The notes under the pieces are model-generated. The model was given only the letters and a program-made list of their open reading frames with translations, searched no databases and was not told the origin of the DNA. Both the position numbers and the translations under genes were made by a program. DNA of 63,917 nucleotides, counting the filler, from Trichomonas gallinae (taxonomy: Eukaryota): NCBI GenBank assembly GCA_008369845.1. It is 5 parts of 5 records of this genome, joined end to end, with 100 filler letters (N's around TTAATTAATTAA, not from the genome) between each part and the next. Parts side by side here need not be neighbours in the genome. Positions count along the whole stretch, not along the records: positions 51,871 to 62,803 come from MRSU01001510.1; 4 more parts are not named here. One strand, written 5' to 3'. This document shows positions 52,048 to 62,903 of this stretch, piece by piece. The number at the start of each line of letters is the position of its first letter. Positions within the stretch are counted from its first letter, which is position 1.

Positions 52048-54687
52048 TTAATGAGCATCATTTGTGACATCAAGAAGCGATAGAATCCTGTAAACAGTTG
52101 GATACGGCTCAGTCCAATAATTAATTGATTCTTCTGCGAAAGATTTCATTATCTGGTTATTCTGTATGTGTTGCTTGATCATTTTCTCGAGTCTGCCAGT
52201 GTCAGTGTCTATCATATGCAGAATGAAATCTTCAGCAAAGCCGAAATGAGACTCAGCGAGTTCAACATTAAGTTTCGCCAATCCAAAAGCGTGAAGCAGT
52301 ACATATCCGAGCTCAGGAGAGAAATTGGTCAGTGGGTGTCTGATCCAGACCAAAGAGATCAGTGCTGTGAGAGCTGTTATTGCGTTCTCTGACTCAGAGA
52401 TCGCCCTGAACAGGTTATTAATTGCATCTAATGCAACTGAATAAGCAGGGAGAGAAGCAGGAGCTGCTCTTATGCAGAAGTTGTAGCCGAGAACTCCGAG
52501 GCTTTGCAATATGATTGTCGGGGCTGCCATTTCTCTTCTGTTCTCGGGAATTCCTGCGCATTCAGGTATCATCCACTTGGAAGTAATAGAAATGTTTTTC
52601 TGCGTCATCTCGTATACTTGCTCGATTGTTTTCGCGCTCCTTATATCATTGTATGGCATCACGACTCTGTTCGGTGTCTCGCTGAGAGTCCTGACAACCT
52701 TCTGAACAGCAGACGGAATTGCTGGATCGAATCTAGGGGACGTTCTGTGTCCTCTCACTAAATAATATGTTGGAGCCGCCCACATTTCCGATGGATCTCT
52801 GCTTCCAGGTAGTATCCTTAACAGCTCCGGTGCTCTATCCGGCCTCAGCATGTCGTAGTTCGATCTGACTTCAGTCATCGGTGATGCCAAATTCATCAAG
52901 CAAGTGAAGAAGTCGATCATTAATGCGCCTTTTCCTCTCCACTTGTTCGCCCTGTCTATCAAACTGTCGATCGAGCCTTCTTTGTCAGTGTCGATTTTAG
53001 GCGGAACTGCTGACTCTTTCATCAAAGCTGCGGCCATGAGAACTGCGAAGCCGAGAGCTCTTACTACCCTTGAGTTGTACTGGATGACTTCCATGCCCCT
53101 GTGGACGCATCTGGCGCCGATTCTGTCCGCGTCGGCCACCATTTGTATTTCTACTTGTGTCGGCTCAAAGTTTGGGAACTCAAACTGTTCGTAGTCAACT
53201 TCTGTTTCGTCTGGCGGTGCCATGTTATTCTGCAGCATCGAATTTATCGGATTGTTCAAGTTTTTAATCGTGTCGAGTATCAGGCATCTATCGGCCCAAA
53301 TTTTGTCCATTATATTCTTGCCGAGCAGACTTGTGCCATTATAAGTAAGCTCGCCGTTTAGCTTGAGCTCTGGCCTTTCGTGCTCCTGAAGCATCGGGAT
53401 TCCACCCGGTCCCGCATTGTCTGCGAAAGGAACAATAACTCTTGCCGCGTCTTTTAAGTTGTTCGTCATGAATAAAGCCATCGCCCACGCGTGGATCGCT
53501 GATATGTCGCCCCTGCATAGCTGGTAGAACTGCTCGTACAATGGAATCGCGTGATCAGGTCTGCCTACTTCCAATAAAAAGTCGGCTAATTTTCTTTGAA
53601 TGAAAGGTGAAGGATTTTGTTCAACTGCGGCGCAGATCTTCTTTAGAGCTAAATCGTATTGGCCCACATCACGTAAAACTAGGAAAGAAACATATAATGC
53701 GTTTGGAGAATGTTGATCTGTCCTGCAAAGTGCTTCTAAAGCTTCTTTTAGTGCACCAGTCGCATATAAACACTCTGCAAGTGTGCACCAGTCTTTGTTT
53801 GTTAGTGTATCACTTGGAATTGACATGATATCTGTGCATGCTTGTTTAAATAAGCCTAATTTGATTTCAAACCTTGCTCTGAGTAATCTTGCTTCTCTAT
53901 CTTTAGGGAATTTGCCTATAACTCTTGTAATGTCGCCAATTGCATAAGTGAATTTTCCAATTGCAGCGTAAGCAACACTTCTAAATCTGTGAGCCATGTG
54001 CATACTTTCGCAGTTTTCTAATATCGCATGATTAATGTCATCAATTGCTCTTATCCATTGGCCAGTTAAACAATATCCAATTCCACGGCCTAAATACGCT
54101 GATGCATTCTTCTGGTCAACTGAGAGGACCTGAGAGAAGTGAGTAATAGCTAATGCAATGTTAGAATTTAGTTCTTTAAATGCTTCTCGTAAATCATTAT
54201 CAGTAAATGTTTGAAAATGATCCCAAGATTCGATGATTTGGAAGAGATTTTCGATGCTAAAACGTAATGTGTAGACATGAGTTCTGAAATTTAAGTCGCT
54301 TATGAGATTTGACATCAAAGCGTAGTGAGAGTACTGTCCACCCTGCGAAATTCCATCTTTCCAGGATGCTAGGGCGTTTTCATCCTTGCCAATCCATAGA
54401 TAAGTGATTCCACGCAATAAATAAGCTAACGAGCATAAATTATTTGCTTTGATTACGTTATTTAATATTTCTAATGCCTTATTTGTCATTTCTAGACCAA
54501 GGTATGATATCGCAAGATTGATTTGCGAGTCTTCTTTCGGTGTATCACTTTCTTCGATACTTTTCTTAAGAGCAGCAATAACTAAATCAAGTTTAGTTCC
54601 ATCCTGGAACTTCTTCATGTCAGTTATTGTGCGTGGTGGAGTTATTTCTGGTTTTAATGTAATTTCTTGCTCTAAATCTTGATCCAT
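52048..54687 (-). CDS. TPR-repeat protein, TTC13/SRFR1-like
   Basis: N-terminal TPRs (AYLLRG, AYLGRG, AHRFRS). The C-terminal ADRIG...N.R..RALGFAVL and GYNFCIR segments resemble TTC13/SRFR1. Start MDQDLEQ. Confidence 0.8.
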   Translation of the reverse strand: MDQDLEQEITLKPEITPPRTITDMKKFQDGTKLDLVIAALKKSIEESDTPKEDSQINLAISYLGLEMTNKALEILNNVIKANNLCSLAYLLRGITYLWIGKDENALASWKDGISQGGQYSHYALMSNLISDLNFRTHVYTLRFSIENLFQIIESWDHFQTFTDNDLREAFKELNSNIALAITHFSQVLSVDQKNASAYLGRGIGYCLTGQWIRAIDDINHAILENCESMHMAHRFRSVAYAAIGKFTYAIGDITRVIGKFPKDREARLLRARFEIKLGLFKQACTDIMSIPSDTLTNKDWCTLAECLYATGALKEALEALCRTDQHSPNALYVSFLVLRDVGQYDLALKKICAAVEQNPSPFIQRKLADFLLEVGRPDHAIPLYEQFYQLCRGDISAIHAWAMALFMTNNLKDAARVIVPFADNAGPGGIPMLQEHERPELKLNGELTYNGTSLLGKNIMDKIWADRCLILDTIKNLNNPINSMLQNNMAPPDETEVDYEQFEFPNFEPTQVEIQMVADADRIGARCVHRGMEVIQYNSRVVRALGFAVLMAAALMKESAVPPKIDTDKEGSIDSLIDRANKWRGKGALMIDFFTCLMNLASPMTEVRSNYDMLRPDRAPELLRILPGSRDPSEMWAAPTYYLVRGHRTSPRFDPAIPSAVQKVVRTLSETPNRVVMPYNDIRSAKTIEQVYEMTQKNISITSKWMIPECAGIPENRREMAAPTIILQSLGVLGYNFCIRAAPASLPAYSVALDAINNLFRAISESENAITALTALISLVWIRHPLTNFSPELGYVLLHAFGLAKLNVELAESHFGFAEDFILHMIDTDTGRLEKMIKQHIQNNQIMKSFAEESINYWTEPYPTVYRILSLLDVTNDAH

Positions 54688-54703
54688 GAATTTTTTAATT
54701 ACT

Positions 54704-54860
54704 TTACATGTCATAACTATATTTACAAGTCAAAATTAATATTTTACATGTCATTTTTATTTTTACATGACAAAAACATATATTGTTTTTACTTGCCATT
54801 TTATTGATTTACATGACAAAATATTTTGTTTTACTTGTCAATTTTCTACTCTACATAGCA
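54704..54860 (-). promoter_or_regulatory. Array of eight TG(A/T)CA(A/T)GTAA-type motifs upstream of TPR gene
   Basis: Plus-strand TTAC(A/T)(A/T)G.CA copies start at 54704, 54723, 54744, 54763, 54789, 54809, 54831 and a degenerate one at 54851. Confidence 0.6.
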
Positions 54861-55137
54861 AAAACATTTTTTTTCGATCCTAAAATGATAATAGTAAAAA
54901 AACTTGATTTAGATATCATTGTAATTGCTTTTGAACCATTGTCTTATGGCTGAAGATAATATAAAGACTTGTGTTATATGTACTCTAATTTCTAATATTT
55001 ACATATGATACTTTGTCTCGAAAATTTAAATTTAATATTATTGGATAAGATATATTTTGGCAAACAGTATCCCCTAATTAATTTTGTAAGACCCTAACCG
55101 AGGAAATTCCTTAGCTTTTTCCGTTTAGAATTAATTA

Positions 55138-56178
55138 ATGGATTCGAAAAAATCTTTACCAAAGAGACTAATACATTCTATTATAGTCAAGAGTAACGAT
55201 TTGGACGAATTCAGAGAGGATTCTACTACATCGGAGATTGAAAATATCATAGATATGTGCATTCCAATCTTTAATAATGAGCCAACAGTTCTTAATCTCG
55301 ATTCCGATATACATATAGTTGGAGACATACATGGAAATGTCATAGATCTTCTGAGATTTTTCGAAATTACTGGATATCCACCGAAAACTAAGTATTTATT
55401 CCTCGGAGACTACGTAGATCGCGGAAAAAACAGTATAGAAGTTTTAACATTACTCTTATCCCTTAAAATTCTCTATCCAAACCATATTTATATGATTCGT
55501 GGAAATCATGAAACAAAGAAAGTATCAATGAACTATGGATTCTTCGCTGAAATTCAGTCATCTTACAGACTTACATTGTTTGGAAACTTCGTAAGACTGT
55601 TTTATAAGCTTCCTTTAGCTGCGATCATTTCGAATTCCATTCTATGTGTGCATGGTGGAATTTCTAAGTCAATGGAGTACATAAGTGATCTATCTTCTCT
55701 ACCAAAACCTACAGAAATATACGCTGACACAATTCCTTGCGATATTTTGTGGAGTGACCCTTGTGCGACGTCCTGTGGCTTTATCGCTAGTGACAGAGGA
55801 TTAGGCTACTTGTTCAATGAAGCTGTGTTGAGTCAGTTCCTTAAAAGAAACAAACTTACCAGACTTGTGCGATCTCATGAATACTGCAATGGATTTAACT
55901 ATCCTTTCAAGGGTTCTGATATCTGTACAACAGTATTTAGTAACACTAATTACTGCGAAAAGGCAAATAGTGCTGCTATTATTTATGTCAATCCTAATTT
56001 GACATTTGCATATCATATTATCGAGCAGTTACCAGATAACAGCACTGATTCGCTTCGTTTCACGCTTCCTGAGTGGTTAATTACATTACCACAGAAATCA
56101 TTAAATGATTTCAACCAATTCGAGAACGATGCATGTGAGAGTCCAAGCTCTTCACCCATTGCTCTTAAATTACTTTAA
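55138..56178 (+). CDS. PPP-family Ser/Thr protein phosphatase (PP1-like)
   Basis: Intact GDIHG, GDYVDRG, RGNHE, HGG, DILWSDP, RSHE, TVFS..NYC. Confidence 0.96.
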   Translation: MDSKKSLPKRLIHSIIVKSNDLDEFREDSTTSEIENIIDMCIPIFNNEPTVLNLDSDIHIVGDIHGNVIDLLRFFEITGYPPKTKYLFLGDYVDRGKNSIEVLTLLLSLKILYPNHIYMIRGNHETKKVSMNYGFFAEIQSSYRLTLFGNFVRLFYKLPLAAIISNSILCVHGGISKSMEYISDLSSLPKPTEIYADTIPCDILWSDPCATSCGFIASDRGLGYLFNEAVLSQFLKRNKLTRLVRSHEYCNGFNYPFKGSDICTTVFSNTNYCEKANSAAIIYVNPNLTFAYHIIEQLPDNSTDSLRFTLPEWLITLPQKSLNDFNQFENDACESPSSSPIALKLL

Positions 56179-56421
56179 TTATTTTTGTTTGTATTTAAAT
56201 TTTATATGTTTGATAAAATATTTTTTGTGTCTATATGAAATTAAGCAAAAACAACATAATAACAATTCAAATAAGCTGATAATTTGGTCATTTTTGCTCA
56301 AACAACATATTAAACACACGACTAGTGCGATTGGAATTTACGTCGCTTGCAACAACAAAATTCTTGATCTCTCAGTACGGAAGGAACGAAATATGCTTAG
56401 TCTATAAGATTGCGATGATAC

Positions 56422-57115
56422 AATTTTTTCTTCTTGAGGTTGATTCAACTGAAGGAAAGCTGACTTATGCTAAAATAACAGCTAGAGGATGATGAATGAC
56501 ACAGTATCTACAACTATGTAGTAGACACTTCACATCCTGTCAGAAATGATGCATATACCAAGATCTTCGAAATAGCATAGTAATTTTCACACTCGATGCT
56601 TACAAATCAATCAATTATTTCACACAGTCAACATTTGATTCAGAAAAAGCCGTTGTAAACATTAATTAGATCGAAAATGATTTAGAATTATATCCATCAG
56701 CAGTTATGGTTTTATTCACTGTATTTGCTGGATATTGGATGAACACAGAAGCAGATTCAAGGCTGCCAGACATTTTTCTGGATCTGAAATATTCAAAAAA
56801 GGCGTTTTTCTGGATTTTAAATGTGTTACGAATTCTTCTTAGTGCTATTATTAATGATTTAAGGTGCAAATCAGTATTATATATAAACTATTGCTTGATT
56901 TAACAAAACTTTGTAAAGTATTGTGTAAATAGTATTTTTCTGGTTAATATTATATATAGATATGAGTTGTGATTCATAATACAATGAAGTTAAGCAAGAT
57001 TCAACATTATGAATGAACATCGAAAGAAACAGAGAATCAATCCAAATGAAGTAGTACAATATCATATTCATATCACTTACATATCGTTGCATGTATGAAT
57101 AGGAATAGAATTTAT
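56422..57115 (+). pseudogene. Dispersed repeat or decayed coding sequence, copy 2
   Basis: Colinear with 31898-32575. Confidence 0.75.
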
Positions 57116-57569
57116 TCTGGAGTCCCACTTCTTTCATATCCGTATTCAAACATGATGTTTTTCATCGTGCCAGTTATATCATGGCATTGTTTGTGTATAT
57201 ATTACAATGCAATGAAGGAAAAAAATGTTTACATATGTTTCAGAATTGACCTGATAATTAATTAGTAATTTGCTTAAGTGGACTACTTTATATGCGTGTA
57301 GAATGGTATGAGTTGCAAATCGTTTTACTGCGTGTTTATGACGTCAAACAGCTTTGTTGGCCAATTTTATCACAATAAAATGATGCTATTCATGATTTAG
57401 ACGATTTATTGTAAAATCAAAAATTTGTTGGAAAAATAATTAAAACTCATCTGTTTTCTTTATGTCGCAAATTTCGTCAAAATAGAATCGTTTATAATGT
57501 TAGAATTTATAAATTAATAAGCTGCACCATGAACGTTCAACGTTTTTTTTTTATTTCATTTGTTTTAGC

Positions 57570-57822
57570 CAAACTCAAAGCTGTTTCATTGTTTTTGTCA
57601 CTTGCGTTGACATCATTTCCATGAACTGTGAGAATGAGTTTGACAACTTCATGACGACTATAAAATGAAGTCCAAATCAAAGATGTTTTGTTGTTTTCCT
57701 AATCTTTTGCGTTGACTTATATTCCAGGAGCTGTGAGAAGGAGTTTGACAATTTCATAATGACCATATAACGAAGCCAAAATCAAAGCTGTCCAATTGTT
57801 TTTAAAATGATGTAGTATTGTC
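57570..57822. repeat. Degenerate tandem repeat, period about 105 nt
   Basis: TTGCGTTGAC...CTGTGAGAA.GAGTTTGACAA.TTCAT...AATCAAAG occurs twice, plus a partial copy. Related to 5425-5512. Confidence 0.75.
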
Positions 57823-58321
57823 ACTTTTTGACAGATTATTTTGATGAAATATTTGAATGCTTTACATGTCATTATACCACTTTTGTCAAATTGCCTTATC
57901 TAGATGCTTTTGACACCAATCTTATTAGCAAAATTGAAGCTAATACAATGTTTAAGAAAGATCGCAGATGTCGAAAAGTAGTCATTATATAATATATTAA
58001 TATCGATAATCAAAATTGATAAAAATATAATCGATAAATAATCATGAAAACTATATAATTCGATTTCATTCTTTTGGTATAGGTTGTTTATGTTATTAAT
58101 TTATCATTTTATCACAGAGATATATCATCAAAACAATGAGTTGAAAAATTTGAGAATTTTTCATGATGTGTGCATATATAATACATAAAATATAAATAAT
58201 CATATTCTATGTCTTGTTGTTTATATGTTTGCATAACTGAGATTGTTAAATGTTTAATGTGTAAAGGAGAAAAATAACAAAAAATAGGTCGTGAATAAAT
58301 AGACGTTTATAAATTCCAAAA

Positions 58322-59485
58322 ATGGAAGAATCAATTGTAAATGAACGCTATGATAATCTTTTTCGATCAATAAAAGAGGCATTAAACAAAATGAAGAACG
58401 ATGGATTAGCTAAACAACTTCAAAAGCATAAAACGTCGAATTATTTTTCACCTGATAGATTAAACGAGGTTATGAATGAATACATCAACAGTTGGAGAGA
58501 GTATTACATTCAGCAGCTCATTCATGATATACAGGAGGCAGAATTAACAAAAGATAAGATAGAATACAAGATCCAAAGAATTGAAACACGTTTAAACTAT
58601 GAAAATCGCGAAATTAACAAAGAAAATCATAATTTAAGGAAGAGAAAAGCTTCTCTCAAATCAAATATCAAACATTTACAGCAAACTTTAGGACAATATG
58701 ATGAAGGACTGAATCAAATTGTTTCTTCACGCGCAAAAAAGGTTCATTATGCCCAAGAGTCACTAAGAACCATTAAAAATTCACTTGTTAACCTTGATAT
58801 GGAATTAAACTCAATAAAAACCAAATATAGGACTGAATTCTTTGTTTGCATGCGCCAATACAAGCAAATGCAGTCTGACATCAAGACAACAGCCATAAGC
58901 CATGCTTTCGAGCAAGAAATGACATCAGCAATTGAAGATTTTGAAATTATTCAAAAAGTTAATGAAATAAAGAAGACTCAAGAAAAAACAGTCGAAATTA
59001 GTAAAGCCCTTGAGAAGTTCATTGGTTATATCAACAACACATCGTCCGCTTGCAACATTAAAGAGCAAGTTGATACACAATATTTCCAGAATGCAGAGAG
59101 GATCCTTACAACCATTGTCAACAATAAGACAACGGACTATATAGATAATAAGTTGCGATCCAATGGCTTTACGCTTAACTTTTCCAATTTTGTAAGTGAA
59201 ACAAAGAAAAAATACAACGATTCGCTGCTAAAGAAGGAGAAAGAAGTAGAAGAGATCATAAAGAATGCGAGGTTAAGGCAAAAGAAGCTTGAAGAAGAAC
59301 TTATAAAAGCCCAACAAAAGTTAATCTCGCTCCAAAACATAGATGGAAGCGACGATGATGAAATTATACAAGAGCTACAGAAGACAAGGAAGGATTTAGA
59401 GTCAACCACCTATGCTCTCGATCAAAAATTAAATTTGCTTGCAATTAACTCAAGTCTCTCGCCAAGGCGCAGCTCTTACGAGTAA
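58322..59485 (+). CDS. Hypothetical coiled-coil protein
   Basis: 387-aa ORF rich in E/K/Q/N heptads. Confidence 0.85.
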   Translation: MEESIVNERYDNLFRSIKEALNKMKNDGLAKQLQKHKTSNYFSPDRLNEVMNEYINSWREYYIQQLIHDIQEAELTKDKIEYKIQRIETRLNYENREINKENHNLRKRKASLKSNIKHLQQTLGQYDEGLNQIVSSRAKKVHYAQESLRTIKNSLVNLDMELNSIKTKYRTEFFVCMRQYKQMQSDIKTTAISHAFEQEMTSAIEDFEIIQKVNEIKKTQEKTVEISKALEKFIGYINNTSSACNIKEQVDTQYFQNAERILTTIVNNKTTDYIDNKLRSNGFTLNFSNFVSETKKKYNDSLLKKEKEVEEIIKNARLRQKKLEEELIKAQQKLISLQNIDGSDDDEIIQELQKTRKDLESTTYALDQKLNLLAINSSLSPRRSSYE

Positions 59486-59746
59486 ATGTTTGTTTGTGTG
59501 TTATATTTTACGATTTTTTCGAACAATATTATTTCGAGTGACAAAAAAATGGGTGTAAACAATAAGTCAAACTTAAAATCGAATAAAGTATCATGAGTTT
59601 TAGTTGTTAATCAATGAAATAGCTTTAACTGACAACGATTCAAATTCAAAAAAAAATTAAAAACGTCCAATTCAAACAAAATAAGCAAACACTTTATAAA
59701 CAAATACAATACATGGTCAACAATTAATAATTCAACATACAAACAT

Positions 59747-60322
59747 CTATATAACTTTCTCATTATTATTTGAGATTTCATTATCATCAACGACAATGCT
59801 AGAAACTGGTTGAATAATCTTCTTGGCGCTTGTCGGGCTGCAACCCCAGAAGCATGGAAGTGGCTCTGTTGAGATAACCTTTGCGTTTTCAGGGGCGACT
59901 ACTTCTATCTTTGGTTTTAACTCATCGTAATTGGTTCTGTTTTGCATACATTTAACGATGTGACGGAACTTCTTCGGTCTTAAATCCATATTGCTTAAAA
60001 ACAAATCATTCTTCTTTGTTGATTCGCGAGCAATAGAAATGTTTGTTATAAATTTAAGAGACGGTGCGTTTGACAAAGAAAAAATCCTGTCATTAATTTT
60101 CTCTTTCGGAATAATCTCCGGAACTGTGATAAAGATATCATCGCTAGCCACATTGTAGAAGTCGAATGTCAAGTTTTTACAAACTACAATTCCTTTGTAA
60201 ACGAAATTCACACTAGTATTTTGAAAAAACGCGTCTAGAGATGATACCTTCGCAGCTGTAGGCACCTTTATTTTCTTCACCCTCCATCCAGGTGAGTACA
60301 GAAGAATGTTGATGAACTTCAT
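59747..60322 (-). CDS. Hypothetical protein with N-terminal ubiquitin-like domain (paralog of 11935-12507)
   Basis: YSPGW, FVYKG, FYNVASDDIFI, MDLRPKKFR, STEPLPCFW. Confidence 0.8.
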   Translation of the reverse strand: MKFINILLYSPGWRVKKIKVPTAAKVSSLDAFFQNTSVNFVYKGIVVCKNLTFDFYNVASDDIFITVPEIIPKEKINDRIFSLSNAPSLKFITNISIARESTKKNDLFLSNMDLRPKKFRHIVKCMQNRTNYDELKPKIEVVAPENAKVISTEPLPCFWGCSPTSAKKIIQPVSSIVVDDNEISNNNEKVI

Positions 60323-61026
60323 CCCCTCAAATTGAAAAATGAACTAAAAAAAAGACATATCAATTTTTGCCGCAGATCTGCTACTTTTATCAAACTTTTT
60401 ATCAGTTCATTTCTCACTACATTTAGAATTCCCATTATATGTATATATTAAAAATCGCAAAATAGGAAAATTGTCCGAACAAATATTAGGTTTTATCGTG
60501 ATCGTTTTCTGGATTTCGTCTTTGATATATGCTCGCATATACAAAACGATCCCACATTCTTCAACGAATTGATTGGCCGATAAATCAATCAAAAGGTCAA
60601 TCATTCACTTTTTACGATCATTTTACATTCAAATGAATTAATTTAAAACGTTATACGGGCGTGAAACCTTTCAGGAAATGCGTTAAATAATCAAATCTAT
60701 TGCTTATGGTTATTTTCACTTTAAATGTAGTGAAATTTGAATGAAAAATAATCGTATAAGAAATTTGACGATTGATTCTGATTCAAATGAATTATTTCGA
60801 CGATCATTTTGGATTTAAAATCTTTTTGTAATCGGCGAGATTTTCTTCTAAAAAAATCAATTTTTACTGCTAATAGCTAACCATTATTATTATAACAATT
60901 AATAATGTTCTTTGTAGTTAAAAAAATATGCGTGGCATAATTTGAAAAGAAAGATAGACATCTGATGTTTTTTAGCTGCCGTTCTTGTTAGTTACTGTCT
61001 GAGCATGTTTTTTCCGGGGTTATTGG

Positions 61027-61450
61027 TCAAACTCTTTTAGACAGCATTTTTTCACAAATTTCATGTAAAAAAGCAACCGAGCTAGTTTTAGTGTCGTTAC
61101 GAATAATCAGGTCTATCTGCCCCTTATTATCAAATAAATCCGATGCTATGAGTAGTGGGCGGGAATCCGTTTCACCTTCTTTTCCTGACAGCTCATATGC
61201 CAAACGTTTATCACATTAGATATGCATATAGGACCTATAAACACACATATAGCCAAGTTTTCTTGGTACCATTCAATGTGAAATTATAAGAAATCACTGG
61301 CAGAGAATTGACTTCAATGGATAGATACTTAAATTTTGCGATTTTATTGTTAGCCACTAGTAGCGTAAACGAAATATGATGAATAATTTGTTTGAAATAC
61401 GGTAGCCAGTCATCGAAATTTTCTCCATCGGAAAAAAACTGACACATCAT
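61027..61450 (-). pseudogene. Possible frameshifted small gene
   Basis: TCACT/TCATT initiators, then MMCQFF...WLYV. A coding-like frame CDKRLAYELSG...SKRV-stop resumes after apparent frameshifts near 61215-61245. Confidence 0.35.
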
Positions 61451-62803
61451 CAAATTTGAATGAAAAGTGATTATATTCAATTCAAAAAATCTAAAATATA
61501 AACGGAAATATATACACTTTTTATGTGTCTAGTAATGTCCAACAATATAAGCACCTGCTTCTCTAGATGCATATAAAATACTTTTCCTATGGAATAAAAG
61601 CTTATCTTAGTTGATGTTTTTCTGACATTCAAATCTCATTACCCAAAGCTTGCATCCTTAATTACATCTAAATAATAAGCTATAATAAGCAATTTTCACA
61701 ATGAATTTAACCTTCAAATCTCATTACTCACCGAAATTCAAAGTTATTTTCCGTTTAAAATCATATTCTCATTATTTTGAAAGCTTATATCCCAATTCCA
61801 TCATGTTATGGACTTATTAATAAATAAATATATTTAGTTAACCAAAATTATAATTCTTTTAGGTTTTAGTAAGAGTTCGAACAAAAACTATGTTAAAACA
61901 TTTATATATACTTGCAAAGCTAGTTATTTAGCAAAGTTACAACATTACATAATTATATTTTAACTGGAGCAATTAATATTGTGAGTAAACAAATGCATAT
62001 CATATATTGTTAGGTGGTAAATCAAAAATAATATGGGTTCTATGTAGTTATTAGTGATGTATTCATCATGTGATGATTTTGCTGAATCAGAAATCAAAGA
62101 ATGAAATGATTCTGACTATGTTCTTCATTTACATATTCTTACCTTTTAACTATATTCATAGAAACCTATTAATTCCTCACAAATATAATGCATTCTGTCA
62201 TTTTGCAATTTTTGTTTTATCACTTAAGATCATCCATGATATAATATTATCATGCATCATGACTATAAATAGTTTCAATCTCAATAACATATTGCTTGAG
62301 AATTATGATATTTTTGGTACCATTCTTTTTATATGTGTTCTGTCAGTTGCCTGCTTGGAAAAATGATTTGACAATAGGGATGCAAATTCGGAAGATATTC
62401 TGGAAATTTCCCAAACTCCATTTTCCCAATCTTCCAGGCAAAAATAATCTTTTATTGATTTACATTTGTTTGACGAATAAAATATTTACTAGGCAAAAAG
62501 AGTGCCAAACAAAATTCAAAATCGTCACTTTTCTTACCACTATTTACATGTCAAATATGCCATGTAATAATCTTATTAATAATTTACATGTCATATTGTC
62601 ATTTAATAATTTTTTTAATGGATAATGCGTATTTTTGAGTTTTGATTCAGCCATTATAAACTATTTTGGATATGTTACATGATAGTATAATATGGAGAGA
62701 AAAAAATTTCCTTGGAAGATGCATCTGGAAGTTGCGAAGTTGGCCTGGAAGATTATTTGAGAGAAATTTGAGAGAAAATTGACGGCCTGGAAGATAAACG
62801 GTT

Positions 62804-62903
62804 NNNNNNNNNNNNNNNNNNNNNNNNNNNNNNNNNNNNNNNNNNNNTTAATTAATTAANNNNNNNNNNNNNNNNNNNNNNNNNNNNNNNNNNNNNNNNN
62901 NNN
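62804..62903. other. Artificial contig spacer
   Basis: N44-TTAATTAATTAA-N44. Confidence 0.98.

Noticed and set aside
54704..54860. CRISPR-like repeat-spacer array
   Set aside because: Repeats are only 10 nt and degenerate, spacers are 9-16 nt of A/T, there are no cas genes, and the context is eukaryotic.
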